Shown piece after piece: positions 28,101 through 36,700 of a stretch of DNA of 64,000 nucleotides. A model generated the notes under the pieces. That model was not told the DNA's origin and ran no database searches. It worked only from the letters and a program-made list of their open reading frames with translations. Made by a program: the position numbers and the translations under genes. The first letter of the stretch is position 1; each line of letters starts with the position of its first letter. Source of the DNA: Sminthopsis crassicaudata (Eukaryota); the NCBI RefSeq assembly GCF_048593235.1, contig NC_133620.1, positions 200,882,852-200,946,851 on the forward strand. The letters are read 5' to 3'.

Positions 28101-28752
28101 CTAAACAGAGGGAGTGCTGAGAGATTTAGATTATTAGGAAAATTTATCCATTTCTACATAAATAATTGTTCATTTCAGCTTTCTTGGAAAGGTACATTTG
28201 GCTTTATTTAAAAAGATTGTCAAGTGTTTTATTTTGTCTTATGAAAATGTTGCTTATATCACATTGGATTTTTCAGAAGCTTTTTTTCAAATGAAGGCTG
28301 TAAAAAACTTACTCTATAATGTGAATGAAATGGAATCAATCAATCAAAAATACAAGAATCAGGGAAAGCATTTCTAAGTGTCTAAGTATATAAAAATAAA
28401 TTCATAGAAAGAAGTTTTACAACTGCACCATACATTGCCAAAGCAAAAGCCATTATAAATGGAGAGAAAAAAAAGATGCTGTCAATAAAATCTACAATTT
28501 GAAAGATGTAAAACAGAAAACTGTGTATGTCAGAGATTGAACATCCTAGTTTCAAAGTTTCTGTGGGTACACATCCCCTAAAGCCATAATTCATGAGGCT
28601 CTTACAATATATGTGCTTTTAAATTGTGAGCTAGAGCAAAAGCAAGGTCAAATAAAAGCATTCAGTGAAACATGCCTAAGAAAAGTTGGAATAATAATTT
28701 CTCCCCATAAACGTGGGGTTAATTTTCCAAATAGTTATTGAATTGTTTCAGT

Positions 28753-29212
28753 TGTAAAGTTCTTGAATTGTGAAGGTCCGGTCGTCTGCTCAATTATAAT
28801 CCTCTGGGAGGAGATCTTTTAAATCTTTTCCTCTGTGCACAGGTTTCTTGGGAGCTCTGAATCTCCTCCAGCTCTTGTCTTTCCCCAAATCAAACTGGTT
28901 TCCTTTCAGCCTGCCTGGTGTCACCACTCTATCCCAGAGTAGATTCTCTCAGACCCAAGGCTGCCCTTCTTTTATCCTCCCAGAGAATGTGCCTGTAAGA
29001 ACTCAGCAGGGCGTAGGGAAAAACTTCCACCAATGAACTTGCTCCTCTTAGAATTCCTAAGGTATAAACTCCCTATAAAGGCCGGAAACAAAGGTCTGAG
29101 CCAGAGAACTGTCAAGTCGACCTGAGTTCTCACCTTGTCACTGTCCAGACAACCTGAGTTCTCACCTTGTCACTGTCCAGACAACCTGAGTTGTCACCTT
29201 GTAATCCTAACA
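28753..29212 (-). mobile_element. LTR 1 (3'-most/edge LTR, 460 bp, 2.5 x 32-bp U3 repeats at 29121-29202)
   Basis: TGTTAGG...CTTTACA termini on the minus strand; preceded by a polypurine tract; diverged from the internal LTRs. Confidence 0.92.
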
Positions 29213-29230
29213 TCTGTCCCTTTCTTTTCA
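29213..29230 (-). promoter_or_regulatory. Polypurine tract (repeated next to LTRs 1-7)
   Basis: Minus strand ...GAAAAGAAAGGGACAGA directly abuts the TG of the LTR. Confidence 0.85.
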
Positions 29231-29584
29231 TTTAGAACATAGGGTGGTCATGACCTTGAAACATAAATCCATCAATATGGGAGGTATTACACATAATTAC
29301 ATAAATTACATAAGCACATAGTAATATAGTAACATAGTGACATAATACATGCTAGAAGTATGTAACAAATAACATGATCAAATAATCATAAATTGAGAAT
29401 TCATAAATGTCCATAAGTTCATTGTCCATTAATCTCATCTTATGTTAGGAAATCCAATGATTCCTGCTGGTTTTAAAGTTCTTTAACAGTCTTCTTATCA
29501 GCCATGGTCTTTCAGTGTCAGATGTTTCTTAGATCTTCTCCTTTGCTTTAAGGTCTTTCTCTTTTTCTCTCTCTCTCTCTGAGT

Positions 29585-31264
29585 GCTTGTTGCCACCTAT
29601 CTGTTTCCTTCTTCATCTGTTTCCTTCTTTCATTAAAATACAAGTAAACCCTCTCTCCCAGGCAGTTGACCTATCTAATTTCCTTCTATTTACCACTTTC
29701 TAAATCTCTTTTCATCATCTGGCAATTGCATTGGAGTTGTATGCACTGGACATAGCCCTGTTGGTTTAAAAGGCCTGCATTCTCCCCAAGTGTAATCTAT
29801 TTTTGCAATCGGATTGCCTTTTGGCTGACTGATCAGGTAATCCCTTTCTTTCATGTGATTGCTTTTCAGCTGATAGATCAAATCAGAGTCCTGACCTCCT
29901 AAAGGCTCTTTGGGTGTAACCTCAGTTGCAATCATTCCCCACCTATCCTTTGCTTGATATCTTGGAGCTGGGCCCCACTTCTCATTTCCCTGGGTCAATC
30001 TGCATTCTGAGGCCCAGTGAAAGCCTTTGTGACATTTTGGACATGGAGTTTTAGGTCTTCTTTCACCCTGTCTTCTCACTCTATCTCCATATCTACATTG
30101 AGCTCTTAGGGGTCCAATTTTTCCACATTGGAAACATGGACGAATTTCTCTAGAAATCCCTGGCCAGGAGGGACCCTGTCTTTCCATGTTCATCATAGTC
30201 TGGGTGTAAAAAGCATTTGTTCCCACTGTGGCACATAGTCTTATGATCTCCTCTAAAGGAGCATCTTTGTCTAATCCCCATATAATTCTTTTGCAAATCT
30301 CATTGGCATTTTCCTTAGCCAGACGTCTGGTCATTATTTCTGTAGCTGCATCTTCTCCAATAGTTCTCTGACAGCAGTTTGTAGACGTCCTACAAAATCC
30401 GCAAAAGGTTCATTGGGACCTTGCTATATTTTAGTGAAAGCCTCTCCCTGATCTTTCTGTCCAGGGAGGACACCCCAAGGTTTTATTGCAGCCTTAGAAA
30501 TTTGCTCATACACTGTCATGGGATAATTAATCTGCTCTGAATTCTCTCCATACCGACCTTCACCAGCTAGCTGGTCAAAAATGAATTGTTTGTTAACTCC
30601 TGTTTCCATATTATGTCTGACTTGAATTCTACATAATTCATGAAAGTCTGAAAGCCACAAATTTTGTCCAGGTTCTAAACACATCCCAGCTATGGATTTC
30701 TTTCTTTTTAAAATTTTTTTTTATTAATTTTATAATTATAACATTTTTTGACAGTACATATGCATAGGTAATTTTTTACAACATTATCCCTTGTACTCCT
30801 TCTGTTCCGAATTTTCCCCTCCTTCCCTCCACCCCCTCCCCTAGATGGCAGGCTTTCCCATACATATTAAATATGTTATAGTATAACCTAGGTACAATAT
30901 ATACGTGCAGAACCGAATTTTGTTGTTGTTGTTGTATTTGGAAGGTAAAAATAACCTGGGAAGAAAAACAAAAAATGAAAACAGTTTACACTCATTTCCC
31001 AGTGTTCCCTCTCTGGGTGTAGCTGATTCTGTCCATCATTGATCAATTGGAACTGAATTAGATCTTCTCTTTGTTGAAGATATCCACTTCCATCAGAATG
31101 TATCCTCATGCAGTATCGTTGTTGAAGTGTATAATGATCTCCTGGTTCTGCTCAATTTCACTCACTAGCTATGGATTTCCAATCATTCAAGGTTAGGATT
31201 TCATAAGACAAATTATCTAGTCACATTTTAACATAAGATGATTTAGCCCCATAAATAGCGCAAC
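29585..31264 (-). pseudogene. Unit 1 betaretrovirus-like gag (CA-NC) remnant plus integrase C-terminal remnant
   Basis: MHR-like QGPNEPFADFVGRL; CCHC knuckles (first has H to P, second is CPKCHKGFHWASEC); GGGAAAT slippery site at 29984-29990; IN-like AWERGFTCI; stops, frameshift and L1 insertion. Confidence 0.9.
30701..31166 (-). mobile_element. 5'-truncated L1 3'UTR inserted in gag, 13-bp TSD (unit 1)
   Basis: TSD agctatggatttc at 30688-30700 and 31167-31179; A-rich tail on the minus strand. Confidence 0.9.
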
Positions 31265-31301
31265 TTTTTTTCAGATACATAATTTTATTGAAAAAAAATT
31301 C

Positions 31302-31433
31302 TTTTTTTTTTTTTTAGGCTGGGGTTAAGTGACTTGCCCAGGGTCACACAGCTAGGAAGTGTTAAGCATCTGAACTCGGGTCCTCCTGAATTCAGGGCTG
31401 TTGCTCTATCCACTGAGCCACCTAGCTGCCCCC
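31302..31433 (-). mobile_element. WSINE1 in the RANBP3 3'UTR (unit 1, 12-bp-deleted form)
   Basis: GGGGGCAGCTAGGTGG head through to an A14 tail on the minus strand. Confidence 0.9.
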
Positions 31434-31834
31434 AATTTTACTCAAATCTAAAGGAGTGTGGCTTCGATGTTTTTGCCCTAAAGAGTAAACCTCTTCAATG
31501 GCAGGATATGCATGTATAAAATCACTCGTCCCAAGGAGGGCTTGTGAGTGACAAGCCAATATGCCATTTCAATGAAAAAAGGGGGAAGGAAGGTTATTTT
31601 TCTGCTCATCAATATGATGAGCTTTCGTGTCCCAAACCACATTCCGGCAGTTTTCTGAGTCTGCTTTGTGTGGAATCTACTGATCCAGGCCCAAAAAACC
31701 AAACAAACAGAACAGGGATGCATGGTTCCTAAGTCCTGGAGCCGCCAACACTGCCTGGAACGATTGCGGCGCTGCCGGGGGAAGGGGGGAGAGTGGACAA
31801 GCAGCAGCCTTGCAAGCGGATGAGCTTCCAGCTG

Positions 31835-33154
31835 CTATGTGCTCCCGCCGGTCTGCCCATCCCCTTCATCACCGGTGGACTCTCCAGTGGATGCAGAAGG
31901 AGCCAGAACATCATCATCGCTGTCCTCCTCATTTGACTGTGTCACTTGAGGCTCTGGAGCTGGGATCTTGGTCTCCTGTTCTTGTTCTATCCTGCTGCGC
32001 AATGCTAAGATCCGGTGATGCAGTGCTGCATACAACTGCCCAGTATCTCTGGAGCTGGCGGAGATCAGGAACACTTTGACTCCCTGACCCTCAGTGTCCA
32101 TGGCTGTGATTCGAATGCTCTTCTCATTGGCTTTGTCAATCTGCATCTGTGCCCACAGCTTGGTGTTGAGCATAAGCCGCAGGCTCCCCTGGGTCCGCAT
32201 TACCAGTCGAGATGGTAACGTCCCATCATCTGTGGAAGCCATGTCATTAAGTCTGAGTAGTCCTCTGCCTCTTTCCACCCAAGACTGTGATGTTTTGTCA
32301 AACACAAACAACTTGCCTTGGATCTGTAATACGTTGCTCTCTGCCTCTTCCCCGGTGATCACTTCCACCTTTTCTAGTAAACACTTCCGGGCTGTGGCCT
32401 TGGTGTAGGCAGCTGCTGACTCTGCCAGTGACTCTGAAACATTATTAGCTTTCTCAGGGGTGGCTTCTAGGGAGGAGGATTCTGAGCCGGATTCAGCAGC
32501 AGTATTGTCCTTGCTGACATCTCTACTAGATTCACTGGGTTTGGGTGGATTCAGCACTCTTTCACTCATGTTCTGTCCAAATATAAATTTGTTGCTGGAG
32601 GCACCAGCAGTATTCGTTGAGTTCTCGAAACCGGAGCTGATGTATTGTAGGAAATAGTTGGTTAGAGAGGGTGTTTCAGAGCTCGGATGCCCTGCATTCT
32701 CTAAGTCACTTGTTGCAGCATTTTCATGTCCTAGCTTGTCAGCAGATTCAGAAGGATTCCTCAATGCACTATTATTTATTGATTCAGATGGAGCTGCTCC
32801 TTGACAGTCTGAAGGTACCTTAGCACCATTGGTGCCACTGTTAGGAACTGTTTGTAAAAGTACCTTTGGCTGGGGAGCTTGTAATACTGCTGAGCACAGC
32901 ACACTTCGCTGCTCTTCCTTAGGTTTCTGGCTTGGTAGACCTGCACTGGGTGCCTGACCATGGATCAGTGTGGGAGGCTTCAGTTGGGATCCATTGCTCT
33001 TTTCCTCTGACTGTGATGGAGGAAATGGAGTTAATGAAGAAGTTCTTTCCCGTTTTACAGGAGGACAGCAGTTTCCATCTTCTCTGTCGGAATCTTCTCT
33101 ATCTCCTGGACTTGAACCTTCAGCGGATCTCTTTTGAGATTTCAGTTTCCTCAT
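31835..33154 (-). CDS. RANBP3: RANBP3 retrogene copy 1 (439 aa, intronless, N-terminally truncated, internal in-frame gap)
   Basis: PPVKRERTSS NLS, KFIFGQNMSERV and the Ran-binding domain (KLFVFDKTSQSWVERGRGLLRLND) match RANBP3; no introns; 3'UTR and AATAAA (31284-31289) follow. Confidence 0.93.
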   Translation of the reverse strand: MRKLKSQKRSAEGSSPGDREDSDREDGNCCPPVKRERTSSLTPFPPSQSEEKSNGSQLKPPTLIHGQAPSAGLPSQKPKEEQRSVLCSAVLQAPQPKVLLQTVPNSGTNGAKVPSDCQGAAPSESINNSALRNPSESADKLGHENAATSDLENAGHPSSETPSLTNYFLQYISSGFENSTNTAGASSNKFIFGQNMSERVLNPPKPSESSRDVSKDNTAAESGSESSSLEATPEKANNVSESLAESAAAYTKATARKCLLEKVEVITGEEAESNVLQIQGKLFVFDKTSQSWVERGRGLLRLNDMASTDDGTLPSRLVMRTQGSLRLMLNTKLWAQMQIDKANEKSIRITAMDTEGQGVKVFLISASSRDTGQLYAALHHRILALRSRIEQEQETKIPAPEPQVTQSNEEDSDDDVLAPSASTGESTGDEGDGQTGGST

Positions 33155-33201
33155 GCTTACTTCTGGGATAGAGAGACTGTCCCAGAATCAGGATCCTGTC
33201 T

Positions 33202-33219
33202 GTCCCTGTTCGGGAGCCA
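33202..33219 (-). promoter_or_regulatory. Primer-binding site, tRNA-Lys(UUU)-type (present in all 7 units)
   Basis: TGGCTCCCGAACAGGGAC is 17/18 identical to the canonical Lys3 PBS TGGCGCCCGAACAGGGAC. Confidence 0.88.
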
Positions 33220-33457
33220 AAATTGACGTGGGGCGCTAATATGTAACGTTCTTGAATTGTGAGGGTCCGGTCGTCTGCTCAATTATAATCCTTCTCTGGG
33301 AGGAGATCTGTAAAATCTTTTCCTCTGTGCACCGGTTTCTTGGGAGCTCTGAATCTCCTCCAGCTCTTGTCTTTCCCCAAATCAAACTGGTCTCCTTTCA
33401 GCCTGGCGTCACCACACTATCCCTGAGTCAATTCTCCCAGACCCAATGCTGCCCTCC

Positions 33458-33524
33458 TTTTATCCTCCCAGAGAATGGGCGTGGGATAACGCAAGGGCTT
33501 CTGGGAAACATGACTTCCACCAAT
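33458..33524 (-). promoter_or_regulatory. Putative LTR core promoter (CCAAT box at 33520-33524, TATA-like GATAAAA at 33458-33464)
   Basis: Motif spacing of about 60 bp in the expected U3 position; inferred from motifs only. Confidence 0.5.
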
Positions 33525-33610
33525 GAGCTTGCTCCTCCTAGAATTCCTAAGGTGTAAACTCCCTTTAAAGGCCCTAACCAAAGGTCTGAGCCAGAGAACT
33601 ATCAAGTCGA

Positions 33611-34076
33611 CCTGAGTTTTCACCTTGTCACTGTCCAGACAACCTGAGTTCCCCCCTTGTCACTGTCCAGACAACCTGAGTTCTCCCCTTGTCACTGTCC
33701 AGACAACCTGAGTTCTCCCCTTGTCACTGTCCAGACAACCTGAGTTCTCCCCTTGTCACTGTCCAGACAACCTGAGTTCTCCCCTTGTCACTGTCCAGAC
33801 AACCTGAGTTCTCCCCTTGTCACTGTCCAGACAACCTGAGTTCTCCCCTTGTCACTGTCCAGACAACCTGAGTTCTCCCTTTGTCACTGTTCAGACAACC
33901 TGAGTTCTCCCCTTGTCACTGTCCAGACAACCTGAGTTCTCCCCTTGTCACTGTCCAGATGACCTGAGTTCTCCCCTTGTCACTGTCCAGACGACCTGAG
34001 TTCTCCCCTTGTCACTGTCCAGACGACCTGAGTTCTCCCCTTGTCACTGTCCAGACGACCTGAGTTCTCACCTTGT
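33611..34076. repeat. 32-bp U3 minisatellite cctgagttctccccttgtcactgtccagac(a/g)a; also at 38477-38942, 43343-43808, 48210-48644, 53046-53479, 57897-58394, 62809-63437
   Basis: Exact 32-bp periodicity (e.g. 33611, 33643 ... 34059); no spacers. Confidence 0.97.
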
Positions 34077-34458
34077 AATCCTAACATCTGTCCCTTTCTT
34101 TTCATTTAGAACATAGGGTGGTCATGACCTTGAAACATAAATCCATCAATATGGGAGGTATTACACATAATTACATAAATTACATAAGCACATAGTAATA
34201 TAGTAACATAGTGACATAATACATGCTAGAAGTATGTAACAAATAACATGATCAAATAATCATAAATTGAGAATTCATAAATGTCCATAAGTTCATTGTC
34301 CATTAATCTCATCTTATGTTAGGAAATCCAATGATTCCTGCTGGTTTTAAAGTTCTTTAACAGTCTTCTTATCAGCCATGCTCTTTCAGTGTCAGATGTT
34401 TCTTAGATCTTCTCCTTTGTTTTAAGGTCTTTCTCTTTTTCTCTCTCTCTCTCTGAGT

Positions 34459-36130
34459 GCTTGTTGCCACCTATCTGTTTCCTTCTTCATCTGTATCCTT
34501 CTTTCATTAAAATACAAGTAAACCCTCTCTCCCAGGCAGTTGACCTATCTAATTTCCTTCTATTTACCACTTTCTAAATCTCTTTTCATCATCTGGCAAT
34601 TGCATTGGAGTTGTATGCACTGGACATAGCCCTGTTGGTTTAAAAGGCCTGCATTCTCCCCAAGTGTAATCTATTTTTGCAATCGGATTGCCTTTTGGCT
34701 GACTGATCAGGTAATCCCTTTCTTTCATGTGATTGCTTTTCGGCTGATAGATCACATCAGAGTCCTGACCTCCTAAAGGCTCTTTGGGTGTAACCACAGT
34801 TGCAATCATTCCCCACCTATCCTTTGCTTGATATCTTGGAGCTGGGCCCCACTTCTCATTTCCCTGGGTCAATCTGCATTCTGAGGCCCAGTGAAAGCCT
34901 TTGTGACATTTTGGACATGGGGTTTTAGGTCTTCTTTCACCCTGTCTTCTCACTCTATCTCCATATCTACATTGAGCTCTTAGGGGTCCAATTTTTCCAC
35001 ATTGAAAACATGGACGAATTTCTCTAGAAATCCCTGGCCAGGAGGGACCCTGTCTTTCCATGTTCATCATAGTCTGGGTGTAAAAAGCATTTGTTCCCAC
35101 TGTGGCACATAGTCTTTCCTCTAAAGGAGCATCTTTGTCTAATCCCCATATAATTCTTTTGCAAATCTCATTGGCATTTTCCTTAGCCAGACGTCTGGTC
35201 ATTATTTCTGTAGCTGCATCTTCTCCAATAGTTCTTTGACAGCAGTTTGTAGACGTCCTACAAAATCCGCAATAGGTTCATTGAGACCTTGCTGTATTTT
35301 AGTGAAAGCCTCTCCCTGATCTTTCTGTCCAGGGAGGACACCCCAAGCTTTTATTGCAGCCTTAGAAATTTGCTCATACACTGTCATGGGATAATTAATC
35401 TGTTCTGAATTCTTTCCATACCGACCTTCACCAGCTAGTTGGTCAAAAATGAATTGTTTGTCAACTCCTGTTTCCATATTATGTCTGACTTGAATTCTAC
35501 ATAATTCATGAAAGTCTGAAAGCCACAAGTTTTGTCCAGGTTCTAAACACATCCCAGCTATGGATTTCATTCTTTTTTAAAATTTTTTTATTAATTTTAT
35601 AATTATAACATTTTTGACAGTACATATGCATAGGTAATTTTTTACAACATTATCCCTTGTACTCCTTCTGTTCCGAATTTTCCCCTCCTTCCCTCCACCC
35701 CCTCCCCTAGATGGCAGGCTTTCCCATACATATTAAATATGTTATAGTATAACCTAGATACAATATATACGTGCAGAACCGAATTTTGTTGTTGTTGTTG
35801 TATTCGGAAGGTAAAAATAACCTGGGAAGAAAAACAAAAAATGAAAACAGTTTACACTCATTTCCCAGTGTTCCCTCTCTGGGTGTAGCTGATTCTGTCC
35901 ATCATTGATCAATTGGAACTGAATTAGATCTTCTCTTTGTTGAAGATATCCACTTCCATCAGAATGTATCCTCATGCAGTATCGTTGTTGAAGTGTATAA
36001 TGATCTCCTGGTTCTGCTCAATTTCACTCACTAGCTATGGATTTCCAATCATTCAAGGTTAGGATTTCATAAGACAAATTATCTAGTCACATTTTAACAT
36101 AAGATGATTTAGCCCCATAAATAGCGCAAC
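34459..36130 (-). pseudogene. Unit 2 gag/IN remnant with L1 insert (35569-36032)
   Basis: ORFs 34564-35202 and 35202-35570; same TSD. Confidence 0.9.
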
Positions 36131-36167
36131 TTTTTTTCAGATACATAATTTTATTGAAAAAAAATTC

Positions 36168-36299
36168 TTTTTTTTTTTTTTAGGCTGGGGTTAAGTGACT
36201 TGCCCAGGGTCACACAGCTAGGAAGTGTTAAGCATCTGAACTCGGGTCCTCCTGAATTCAGGGCTGTTGCTCTATCCACTGAGCCACCTAGCTGCCCCC
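36168..36299 (-). mobile_element. WSINE1 in 3'UTR (unit 2)
   Basis: As unit 1. Confidence 0.9.
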
Positions 36300-36700
36300 A
36301 ATTTTACTCAAATCTAAAGGAGTGTGGCTTCGATGTTTTTGCCCTAAAGAGTAAACCTCTTCAATGGCAGGATATGCATGTATAAAATCACTCGTCCCAA
36401 GGAGGGCTTGTGAGTGACAAGCCAATATGCCATTTCAATGAAAAAAGGGGGAAGGAAGGTTATTTTTCTGCTCATCAATATGATGAGCTTTCGTGTCCCA
36501 AACCACATTCCGGCAGTTTTCTGAGTCTGCTTTGTGTGGAATCTACTGATCCAGGCCCAAAAAACCAAACAAACAGAACAGGGATGCATGGTTCCTAAGT
36601 CCTGGAGCCGCCAACACTGCCTGGAACGATTGCGGCGCTGCCGGGGGAAGGGGGGAGAGTGGACAAGCAGCAGCCTTGCAAGCGGATGAGCTTCCAGCTG

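Larger units (their letters stand above)
33242..34086 (-). mobile_element. LTR 2 (845 bp, 14.5 U3 repeats)
   Basis: TG...CA termini; PBS on one side and PPT on the other, so it is shared between adjacent units. Confidence 0.95.

Noticed and set aside
28747-28752. Target-site duplication for the whole array
   Set aside because: ttcagt does not match the right flank ctttat.
31835-33154. The parental RANBP3 locus
   Set aside because: Intronless, lacks the native N-terminus, is embedded in a provirus and is multicopy.
31810-33171. Plus-strand ORFs of 65-104 aa overlapping RANBP3 (and their copies in each unit)
   Set aside because: Antisense shadows of a GC-richer coding sequence, with no recognisable domains.
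33252-33623. 101-aa and 68-aa ORFs within the LTR (sag/rec-like accessory gene?)
   Set aside because: No similarity to known accessory proteins that I can recognise, and the frames are not preserved in LTR 1.
33611-34076. 32-bp direct repeats resembling a CRISPR array
   Set aside because: Repeats are contiguous with no unique spacers, there are no cas genes, and the context is a mammalian LTR.
34564-35570. 212-aa and 122-aa gag ORFs as functional genes
   Set aside because: They are fragments split by a frameshift. The 122-aa ATG is created at the L1 tail/TSD junction, the first zinc knuckle lacks His, and they lie downstream of the RANBP3 poly(A) signal.
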